Assembly (NCBI GenBank): GCA_048939625.1
Contig: JBHLPH010000001.1
Span: 149,649 to 213,648, forward strand
Origin: Promethearchaeota archaeon
Lineage (GTDB): Archaea; Asgardarchaeota; Hermodarchaeia; Hermodarchaeales; Hermodarchaeaceae
DNA length: 64,000 nt
Direction of reading: 5' to 3'
Both the position numbers and the translations under genes were made by a program. Below the pieces are notes generated by a model. It was not told where the DNA came from. It searched no databases and saw nothing but the letters and a program-made list of their open reading frames with translations. Shown piece after piece: positions 56,241 to 64,000 of this stretch (positions are counted from its first letter, which is position 1; each line of letters begins with the position of its first letter).

Positions 56241-57008
56241 ATGCGCGAACATCTCCTTAATCAGTGGCAGGCAAATGCCAAAGTATACTCCGAGTTAATC
56301 AAGGGGAAAGGCACCCCACACCACCAATATATTCTAAACCCATGTGTAGAGAAGCTAATGGGCGATGTCCATGGTCTTCGAATCCTCGATGCAGGTTGCG
56401 GAGAAGGATACCTCTCACGGTTCTATGCGCAAAAAGGCGCTGATGTTGTAGGAGTAGATTTTTCCCAATCTCTCGTTGATCGTAGTAAGAAGCTCTCGGC
56501 TAGGTTACCAATCGAGTATGTTCAGGCTGATCTTTGCGAATTAAAAGAGTTTGCCGCTGAGGAATTTGATGCCGTGCTATGCAATCTTGTACTCCTCAAT
56601 CTTGACTGTTTAGAAAAAAGCTTGTCTGAATTTCATCGAGTTCTCCAACAGAATGGCTTTCTTGTCTTTTCGGTTGTTCATCCAGCCTTCAATGTGTATG
56701 GTCCAGGTCACTGGCAACTAGGCAAGAAGAACGTTAAAACGGGTCGCCGCGAAGGACAGTTCTTCATCACTGAGGATTATTTTTTGGAGAATGAGTATCA
56801 AGCACGTTGGAAGACCAGGGCCGGGGAAGATTTCCCACAAGCATTCAGTTTCTTCCATCGAACGATTGGAACCTATGTCAATACCCTGTTGCGAATTGGA
56901 TTCTCTCTAACAGCTTTTGAAGAACCCCGTCCAGTAAGTGACGAGGCGTTTTTTGATCGTGAACATCGTATTCCCTTCTTCCTAGTAATTCGAGCTGAGA
57001 AAAGATAG
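56241..57008 (+). CDS. Class I SAM-dependent methyltransferase
   Basis: ILDAGCGEG, GVDFS, FDAV, RVL..NG.LVFS..HP, FHRTI. Confidence 0.9.
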   Translation: MREHLLNQWQANAKVYSELIKGKGTPHHQYILNPCVEKLMGDVHGLRILDAGCGEGYLSRFYAQKGADVVGVDFSQSLVDRSKKLSARLPIEYVQADLCELKEFAAEEFDAVLCNLVLLNLDCLEKSLSEFHRVLQQNGFLVFSVVHPAFNVYGPGHWQLGKKNVKTGRREGQFFITEDYFLENEYQARWKTRAGEDFPQAFSFFHRTIGTYVNTLLRIGFSLTAFEEPRPVSDEAFFDREHRIPFFLVIRAEKR

Positions 57009-57016
57009 AATCAGTT

Positions 57017-57556
57017 TTACCTTGTGGCGGAATAGTTTCGGGGAAGCAGGAGTGACACCTCTTCAAAGGCTTCTGGGCGTTTGAGAAGCCGCGAAATGAA
57101 TCTAGTGAACAGTCTAGCGTCTTCTGCACATGCAGCAGTGAAACCTACAGGGGATAAGCCAACAAGAGGGAATCGTTTGCCCGGACCTAGAATTGCACCC
57201 ATCTCTTCAGCAGCCAGCTCTGGTGCTTTCTCGGGTTGGAGAGCAATCTCTTCAATGAGGAAGAGGGCGCCAGCAGAGAGCCCACGCGGATAACTCTTAG
57301 TCAATATCGCAAATAATGGAATTCCTTGAGGAAGTTTCTCTTCTTGTGGCGTCCTTACTTCTTCAATCACTGTTTTAATGACCCATTTTTCACGAGACTG
57401 AATCAGTTCCAGAAATTGACCAATAAAAGCATCACCGACGATGAAATTACGAGGACCCAGTAGAGGTTCGACGTTCTGGAAATCAAGAGCCACTCGAACA
57501 TCCTGACCTTCTGCTTCCCCACGAATTATCACTATCCAAACATCGGTTGCTTCCAC
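57017..57556 (-). CDS. Hypothetical protein
   Basis: 179-aa ORF with GGTGA upstream; no recognised motif. Confidence 0.55.
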   Translation of the reverse strand: MEATDVWIVIIRGEAEGQDVRVALDFQNVEPLLGPRNFIVGDAFIGQFLELIQSREKWVIKTVIEEVRTPQEEKLPQGIPLFAILTKSYPRGLSAGALFLIEEIALQPEKAPELAAEEMGAILGPGKRFPLVGLSPVGFTAACAEDARLFTRFISRLLKRPEAFEEVSLLLPRNYSATR

Positions 57557-57667
57557 AAAAAGTCACCAACTTATCTGCAAATTCTCGTGGGAAGAAAAAA
57601 CTCTTTGGACCATACTGCAGAAGGGATAATTAGCACCAAATTCTCTGTCGTTTAACGTGAGATATGG

Positions 57668-58453
57668 ATGACTGAGTCAGATCTAGCCACTGTGCAGTTG
57701 TATGAACACAAAGAAGGTCAAGGTCCCCCTCTCGTTTTCATTCACGGTTGGGCGGCATCCCATCGATTCTGGAAATACCAAGTTCCCTTCTTTGCCCAGA
57801 GCAACCAAGTAATCGCCTATGACTTACGAGGGCATGGAGATTCTGAGAAACCAACAAGTGGTTATTCCATCAGGAACCACTTAGAGGATCTTGAATCAAT
57901 TCTAGCAAAGCACCAGATATCGAAGCCTATTCTGATTGGTCACTCTTTAGGTGGGATGATTGCCCTTCAATTCGCGTTAGATGGATTGGGAGATCCTCGT
58001 GGATTAGTGCTTGTTGGTACGAGCCCCCATCCAGTTGCTACTCGAAAACGAAGCTTTGAGTTCAGTCTACTCCGGTTTCTCATTCGTATATCCCGAAAAC
58101 GTGCCTCAAAGTTCACTGAAAAAGCCCTCTTTGCGCCAGATGTAAATCAGGAACTTGTCGAATGGGTGAATGTGGAATCAGAGCGTACACCCACGTCTGT
58201 TATTCTTGAAATTTTACAAAATGTGAAAGCGTTCAATGTAGTTTCAAGGCTTTCCGAAATTCAAGTGCCTACCCTTATCATTACTGGTGAATTTGAATCA
58301 GCGGTTAATTCAGAGCTCCTCGATCGAATGGTGGAATTGATTCCAAATGCCAAATCTGAGGTTATTTCGGATGCGGGGCATAACTGTATGCTCGAAAAAC
58401 CTTCGGCGTTCAATTCTGTTGTGAACGCATTTCTACACGAGTTGCATGAATAG
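57668..58453 (+). CDS. Alpha/beta hydrolase
   Basis: FIHGW, DLRGHG, GHSLGG nucleophile elbow, AGH. Confidence 0.92.
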   Translation: MTESDLATVQLYEHKEGQGPPLVFIHGWAASHRFWKYQVPFFAQSNQVIAYDLRGHGDSEKPTSGYSIRNHLEDLESILAKHQISKPILIGHSLGGMIALQFALDGLGDPRGLVLVGTSPHPVATRKRSFEFSLLRFLIRISRKRASKFTEKALFAPDVNQELVEWVNVESERTPTSVILEILQNVKAFNVVSRLSEIQVPTLIITGEFESAVNSELLDRMVELIPNAKSEVISDAGHNCMLEKPSAFNSVVNAFLHELHE

Positions 58454-58468
58454 TCCTGCAGTAGCTGG

Positions 58469-60520
58469 TTAATTTGTGAAACCGTGTGGGGTTCTTCGAA
58501 GGAACCATACAGCCCCAATTATAGTTAAGCCTACTACAAAGATGCCGCCACCGAGCCAGATGAGGAAGGAATAGTCGATGAAAATTGGCAACTCACGGGA
58601 GCCTGGAATGCAATAATGATACTCAGGGAAATAGCGGAGGTAGATAAGCCCGGCTTCAGGGCGTTTATCGAACATGAAAGGACCTGTGCCAACGGGTCGG
58701 GGATTATCGAAGGAAGCTGGTCGAAGTATTCCTTCCCAGAGATGCTGGGGTAGGATAACGAACTCGGAAAGGTCGAAGATAGCAAAGTAGCCATTGAGTG
58801 GTGTGGTAATTGCTATTGTGACGTTATTGATGACTTCGATGCTTGAAATTGGTATGTAAGGTTTGGGTCGAAGTAGAGGCCAAGGACCTGGTAGGTCGTT
58901 AGTATAATTGTAGGTGAATGCTACATCGTCGGCGGTGAAAGGCTCTCCGTCATGCCAAGAGGCGTTATTTTGGAGATTGAATACGAAGCGTAACTCAGTT
59001 CCAACTGGTTCAATCGTCCAGCTTTGTGCTAAATCTGGAAGCGGTTCCCCAGTTAGTGGATTCATTCGGACTAATCGACTGTATATTGAATCTAAGATCA
59101 GCCATGTGTCAGGGAGCGTAGCAAGGATGGGATTTAATGTTGCGGGCATATCATTAAGACCAATTTCCATGGTTCCTCCAACATCAGTGATTGGATGCTT
59201 CTCAGGTTGCCCTGTTCTTAATCGAGATTGCAATAGACTCCATTGATTCGCTGTGCCAACTCTAGGTTGATTAAACCATCGTTCGTAGCGATCCGTTCGT
59301 TGTGCAGTATATTGATACCGTGTACACAGAGGAATAAGGGGTTGATTCTGCGCTACAGCGATTTGGAGTTCCGATAAGAGCGCTTGAAAATCGTCGTAAT
59401 CAGTGGTTGTATTCATTGTTTCAATGAGAGTATCAATTGTTGTATTATGAAAGTTCATAATATTCGATGAGTAAAGAAGGGTTTCATCAGATGGTGAATC
59501 AACCACCGGAATCGTAAATGAGTAGAAGAGATTTTGTATAAATTCGGGAGCCCGATTATAAATTTCAAGCGGGATTAAAGCCATCTGATAGGCACGGTAG
59601 CCAATGTGAGTATACGCCCACAAGGTTTGTTCAGAAACAGGATAAAGATTAATCCGAAAACCAAGGGCTTCCATGGTTACCTGAATTGTCTGAGCTATAA
59701 GCGTGGTATTAGTAGCAATTTTTGAATGCTGAGTATACTTCGACGCTAATTCTGTTGGTGTATAGTATAAACTCAAGGTAACCTCTGTTGCATTCGGTGC
59801 ATCACGATACCCATCCAGGTTGAAGTCAATGAAACCTGCAGCCTCAAGGACTTCAATAGCATGCTGGATGTCCCCATCTCGGTAATCCATCCCAAGATCC
59901 GGTTCATGCCATGCGGCATAAGAAGCCGGAATGATATGGTCAAGAGCGACGCCACTTTCACCGAAAGACGTTTGGGCAATAGCATATTTATCCAGAGCAA
60001 TGGCAACCGCTCGGCGAAGACTAACATAATTGAAGGGAAATCCATTGAAGCCAGGGGGCCCTTCAACTTCCTCAACAAAGAAAGGATCAAAATGTGTGCT
60101 GCAGGCGATGCCCCAGAATTGATTGACTTCCCATTCATTAAATTCGATATCAGCTCGTTCATCAAGGGTAAGAGGTGCATTCCCCACATCAATTAAACCA
60201 TCGACAAGAGCCGCCCACTGGGAATCGGAACCATGATAAACTCCAAAGATTGCTTCGTTTATGTATGGTCCATTCTTTTCGAAGGTTTCTAAAAATGGCT
60301 GTAATGGCGCTGCGGAACTCATGGAAGTTGAATAACTCCCCACCAGAAAGAAACCGATAAGAACTGTGCACAGCATTAGGGACAAGATTGTGTGCAGTGT
60401 GCGGTTTTTCGAGTTAACGAGGGCGGTGACTTTTGTAATCATACTCAGAGACACCTGCGAAGGCGAATGACCTACCGCCGCCTTTGGTAACTTTGGATAT
60501 AAGATTGCCGAAGATGGCAA
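58469..60520 (-). CDS. Family-5 (peptide/nickel) ABC solute-binding protein, circularly permuted, C-terminally anchored
   Basis: LRRAVAIALDK and LEAAGF precede GGTMEIG..TLNP, WHDGEPFTADDV, PVGTGPF; start uncertain. Confidence 0.85.
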   Translation of the reverse strand: MPSSAILYPKLPKAAVGHSPSQVSLSMITKVTALVNSKNRTLHTILSLMLCTVLIGFFLVGSYSTSMSSAAPLQPFLETFEKNGPYINEAIFGVYHGSDSQWAALVDGLIDVGNAPLTLDERADIEFNEWEVNQFWGIACSTHFDPFFVEEVEGPPGFNGFPFNYVSLRRAVAIALDKYAIAQTSFGESGVALDHIIPASYAAWHEPDLGMDYRDGDIQHAIEVLEAAGFIDFNLDGYRDAPNATEVTLSLYYTPTELASKYTQHSKIATNTTLIAQTIQVTMEALGFRINLYPVSEQTLWAYTHIGYRAYQMALIPLEIYNRAPEFIQNLFYSFTIPVVDSPSDETLLYSSNIMNFHNTTIDTLIETMNTTTDYDDFQALLSELQIAVAQNQPLIPLCTRYQYTAQRTDRYERWFNQPRVGTANQWSLLQSRLRTGQPEKHPITDVGGTMEIGLNDMPATLNPILATLPDTWLILDSIYSRLVRMNPLTGEPLPDLAQSWTIEPVGTELRFVFNLQNNASWHDGEPFTADDVAFTYNYTNDLPGPWPLLRPKPYIPISSIEVINNVTIAITTPLNGYFAIFDLSEFVILPQHLWEGILRPASFDNPRPVGTGPFMFDKRPEAGLIYLRYFPEYHYCIPGSRELPIFIDYSFLIWLGGGIFVVGLTIIGAVWFLRRTPHGFTN

Positions 60521-60534
60521 ATTCCTTTCAACGC

Positions 60535-60945
60535 TTATGCAGTGATGAAAGGCCAGCCCCGCGCAAACACGGTGACCATACCATCCAAATCACCAATGCA
60601 GGTTATGAAGATTGTGTACGATCCCGAAGCATCAAGCCACGGTGTTTCGATTGTATATGTGGAGGTTGAAATTCCAGCTTGACCATGAACATAGTTATTC
60701 GAAGCATCTCGTATTTCAAAGCCCCAGATTGCTGTGGCCGAAGTTAGAGTAATAATTAACTTCATTTGTGCATTGGGCCAGGTGATAACAACGGAAATTT
60801 CTGTTTGCGATAGAATCCCTGTAAGAGAGACGGATTGACTGAGTACAGGAAAGGGATATGCGAGCCCAAAATAGATTCCGGCACTAATCACCACGATGAG
60901 GACTATAGCGATTGCTACATTACGTTTTCTAACCAATTGAATCAA
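60535..60945 (-). CDS. Small membrane-anchored beta-rich hypothetical protein
   Basis: N-terminal TM followed by a beta-strand-rich domain. Confidence 0.6.
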   Translation of the reverse strand: MIQLVRKRNVAIAIVLIVVISAGIYFGLAYPFPVLSQSVSLTGILSQTEISVVITWPNAQMKLIITLTSATAIWGFEIRDASNNYVHGQAGISTSTYTIETPWLDASGSYTIFITCIGDLDGMVTVFARGWPFITA

Positions 60946-61080
60946 ACCACCTTTCTGGCACTTTTTCCTTATGTCTAAGATGTATATAGCCTTAATCAGC
61001 GGAGGGTTAGAACAGATTCATGTTTTTTCCAAAATGCTAAACACAGATAATAATGTGCAATCTATTCCAGGGTAAGATCC

Positions 61081-62658
61081 TTGCTAGGAGTGCTGGATAT
61101 TGTGCCTGCTCAAATTGATCTCGTCATTATGAATGCCAATATCCGAACAATGGATACTGCAGTTCCTCATGCGGAAGCCATGGTGATAAACAATGAGCGA
61201 ATTCTTACCATTGGTAGCAGAGACGAGATTGACATGTTTCTTGATATTGCGACTCAGACTATTGACATGGAAGGTCGTACCATTTTACCTGGTTTCATTG
61301 ACACCCATGCGCATTTGGTGGGGTTAGGGCGTAAGATTCTCCACCTTAATTTAGGGAGCACCACCTCAGTTGAAGAAGTCCTCCAATTGGTGAAAGAACA
61401 GGCAGAAGCCCTTCCAAAAGCCAGGCTGATTTTAGGTTATAACTGGGATGAAAGTAACTGGAAAACCCCACGATATATCACAAAAACAGACCTTGACCCT
61501 CTAACTCCGGATAATCCTGTTATTTTGATTCGTGTTTGTGGTCATCTCATCAGCGTTAACTCGATTACCTTACAAGAATTGGATTTTAATTTAGACGATC
61601 CGGGTGTGGACCGAAATTCTTCCGGAGAGATGACAGGAGTTCTCCGCGATATCCCCGTTGACACAAGTAAGTTCCAAACAGGAGAGGAAGACCTTACTCA
61701 AGTAATTCTTGAAGGTTGCCGATATGCCAATAGTGTAGGTATCACATCACTTCATGAAAACCTATACAGACGACAGCTTTCCTTTCTTGGGGCATATGTT
61801 AGACTACGACAGGAAGACGAATTGACGGTTCGAGTGTATGTGAATTTAGAACGCACATTGTTTGATCTATTAGCTGGGCTCGGAATTCCTTCTGGATTGG
61901 GAGATGCCTACTTTCGGTTGGGTGGAGTGAAGGTCTTCACTGACGGTTCATTTGGAGCCCAAACCGCGGCCCTTTCACAGCCCTACAAGGACAAACCGGA
62001 TTCGGATGGTCTGATGCTCATGGATGAAGAAGATTACCGATTTCTGATTACAGCAGCGAATGAGCTAGGATTACAAGTGAGCACCCATGCGATTGGAGAT
62101 CGGGCTATTGAAATGGTGATTCGAGTCCATGAAAATACGAGTCGTCAGGATTTAGTCAGCACACATCGCCATAATATCATTCATGCCGAACTACTTACAC
62201 AACCATTGATTGAGCGAGTAAAGAAGCTGGATATGTTGCTCCTTCAACAACCGAATTTTGTTCACCGTTGGGGACTTCCCAATGGCATGTATGATGTACG
62301 ATTAGGCCCTGAACGCGCAAAACAGCTCAACAACTTTCGCCGTATCCTGGATGCAGGAATTAAAGTTGCCTTTGGTTCTGATTGTATGCCCATGGATCCC
62401 ATATACGGTATTTATTCTGCCATAACACATCCTTACCCTTCAATCCGAATCACAACAGAAGAAGCCATTAGATTGTACACTATTGATGCAGCATATGCGA
62501 GTTTTGAGGAAAATGAGAAAGGGTCATTATCCCAAGGGAAACTCGCAGATTTTATAGTCCTCTCTGAGGATCCCTTTGAAATTAGTCCTAATCAGTTGAA
62601 GGATATCAAAGTACTAGCTACCTATGTGGGAGGAAAATGCGTCTTTTCATGCCTCTAA
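61081..62658 (+). CDS. YtcJ-like metal-dependent amidohydrolase
   Basis: PGFIDTHAH, KVFTDGSFG, HAIGDRA, GSD, GKLADF. Confidence 0.92.
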   Translation: MLGVLDIVPAQIDLVIMNANIRTMDTAVPHAEAMVINNERILTIGSRDEIDMFLDIATQTIDMEGRTILPGFIDTHAHLVGLGRKILHLNLGSTTSVEEVLQLVKEQAEALPKARLILGYNWDESNWKTPRYITKTDLDPLTPDNPVILIRVCGHLISVNSITLQELDFNLDDPGVDRNSSGEMTGVLRDIPVDTSKFQTGEEDLTQVILEGCRYANSVGITSLHENLYRRQLSFLGAYVRLRQEDELTVRVYVNLERTLFDLLAGLGIPSGLGDAYFRLGGVKVFTDGSFGAQTAALSQPYKDKPDSDGLMLMDEEDYRFLITAANELGLQVSTHAIGDRAIEMVIRVHENTSRQDLVSTHRHNIIHAELLTQPLIERVKKLDMLLLQQPNFVHRWGLPNGMYDVRLGPERAKQLNNFRRILDAGIKVAFGSDCMPMDPIYGIYSAITHPYPSIRITTEEAIRLYTIDAAYASFEENEKGSLSQGKLADFIVLSEDPFEISPNQLKDIKVLATYVGGKCVFSCL

Positions 62659-63639
62659 GGGGCGATTCCGCATTAAGAACGCAGAAGTTTCCTGCAATGT
62701 TGGGAATAGTGTCTGATTGGACCGGCGTGAAACACGAAGGGCCGCAACAGCGTTCGCAAAAACTGCAGCCCGTTTCATTGTAGCTCCAGAAAGCATGCTC
62801 GCGGCAAACCCCGCGTCAAAGGCATCTCCCGCAGCTGTGGTGTCTATCACGGTCACTTCAAAGCCGGGAATTAAATGTTGATCTTTTTTCGTTGCCAATA
62901 AGCACCCTTTTGCTCCCAACTTCACAACCAATGTCGGAGCTCCAGAATCTAATAAATTCGAAGCCCCTTTTTTGGGGTTATCTTCGCCTGTTAGAGCTTT
63001 CATTTCATCGGCGTTGGGAAAGAAAACATCAACATGGCTTAAAAGATCCAAAATCGCTTCTGTAGTTTTATTAGACCAATTATCAGGATCCCAGCCAGTA
63101 TCCAGAGAGGTGGTTGCTCCACGCGACTGGGCGAGTTTGAGTAATTTTTTGGAAGGTTTTCCACGAAGTGAATTGAGAAGGTTATAACCAGCCAAATGGA
63201 CCCAGCGAGGAGGAGTGTCAGTTTGCAAACAGGCCTCTAGAGCTTTGGTTTCTAATTCTGCAATGGTTCCCTGATAAGTGACAAATCCCCGTTCTCCATC
63301 CTGTCGAATCATTGCAGCTGTGACCCCCGTTATAGAATCTTCCACTAATTGTAGACACCGAGTATCGACATCTGCATCGCGAAAAGCTTTCAGGACAACT
63401 TCTCCAAAGGAATCAACCGCAAGGCGTCCAGCGAAGCCAGTTTTGACCCCGAGGTTTGCACTACAAAGTGCAAAATTCGCTGCAGAACCTGCTGCACGAA
63501 AATGAAGGTCAGAGACAACGACTTCTTGCCCAAACTGGGGCATCTTTTCTAATGGTGAAAATACTAATTCAACGTTGGCATCACCAATCGAGACAAGTTG
63601 GACAACTGTTGGTTCTAAGGTTCCCATACGGTGTTCCAT
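62647..63639 (-). CDS. PfkB-family carbohydrate kinase
   Basis: GSAANFA, PNADE, VKLGAKG, DTTAAGDAFDAG. Confidence 0.92.
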   Translation of the reverse strand: MEHRMGTLEPTVVQLVSIGDANVELVFSPLEKMPQFGQEVVVSDLHFRAAGSAANFALCSANLGVKTGFAGRLAVDSFGEVVLKAFRDADVDTRCLQLVEDSITGVTAAMIRQDGERGFVTYQGTIAELETKALEACLQTDTPPRWVHLAGYNLLNSLRGKPSKKLLKLAQSRGATTSLDTGWDPDNWSNKTTEAILDLLSHVDVFFPNADEMKALTGEDNPKKGASNLLDSGAPTLVVKLGAKGCLLATKKDQHLIPGFEVTVIDTTAAGDAFDAGFAASMLSGATMKRAAVFANAVAALRVSRRSNQTLFPTLQETSAFLMRNRPLEA

Positions 63640-63717
63640 TTACTTTCCACTCATTTCAAGAAAACTGTGACTTGTACTTATAACATAGGGGGTGAAAAGC
63701 ATATCCTCTATATGGGT

Positions 63718-63781
63718 CCGGCAAAAAGAAAGGAGAGTTGAACGCTCAGCTATAAAGCAGCAGGGCGTTCTTGTCTGCCGG
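63718..63781 (-). terminator. Extended stem-loop with pyrimidine tract downstream of alba
   Basis: CCGGCA/TGCCGG outer and GAACGCTC/GGGCGTTC inner stems; ctcctttcttttt on the minus strand. Confidence 0.4.
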
Positions 63782-63844
63782 AATGGCATGCCAAGCAAAC
63801 TGTGATTGCTTGCGTCGTCCGTGGTTCAAAGGTAGTTGGCGGTG

Positions 63845-64000
63845 TTACTTTGCTCCGCGAACCAAGGTGATTTCCATTGCTGAAACGTTTGCTACGTTGC
63901 CTTCAGCGGTTTTGACTTGTTCGGTGGAAATATCGATTTGTCGCACTATGAGATCTGGCATGAACCGGTTTCGGAGTACTTCAGCCACATCGACGGCGCG
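63845..64000 (-). CDS. albA: DNA/RNA-binding protein Alba (5' partial)
   Basis: Not in the ORF track; [51 protein letters not shown]. Confidence 0.9.
   Translation of the reverse strand, partial: RAVDVAEVLRNRFMPDLIVRQIDISTEQVKTAEGNVANVSAMEITLVRGAK

Noticed and set aside
193-63683. Numerous short antisense or alternate-frame ORFs in the track (e.g. 193..444, 1890..2252, 11322..11894, 35454..35915, 41121..41612, 46345..46809)
   Set aside because: They lie within well-supported genes and show no motifs; they are shadow ORFs.
1-64000. Mobile elements, prophage, rRNA/tRNA, CRISPR arrays
   Set aside because: No transposase, integrase or viral genes, terminal repeats, spaced direct repeats or RNA-gene signatures were seen by eye.

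Overview
Gene-dense archaeal chromosomal segment. Archaeal origin is indicated by A/V-type ATP synthase subunits, Mtd, TrmI, AOR, Alba, GGAGG/GGTGA ribosome-binding sites and TATA-like promoters. Asgard-type affinity is only inferred, from IPGFP-TM-basic C-terminal sorting tails and gene content. No rRNA, tRNA, CRISPR or mobile element was recognised. The first ~27 kb is an energy-conservation region: a P-type ATPase, a dispersed A1AO ATP synthase set (E, H/G, C, K/c, I/a), a split Mbh/complex-I-like membrane complex with a group-4-hydrogenase-type small subunit, mtd, an FrhB/FpoF-like subunit and hypD. The standout is the rotor (c/K) gene. It encodes one ~630-aa polypeptide of eight fused, diverged hairpins, all keeping the ion-binding Glu, so potentially a complete single-chain, asymmetric c8 ring. 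Its partner subunit a appears to lack the distal lobe of its soluble domain. The rest contains a divergent CysRS, an SCP2-ADH-AOR operon, an SPFH/zinc-ribbon membrane cluster, three large surface proteins, an iron/redox-stress cluster with a shared palindromic motif, NAD salvage genes, a circularly permuted family-5 solute-binding protein and a partial alba. All calls come from motif recognition by eye; no database searches were run.
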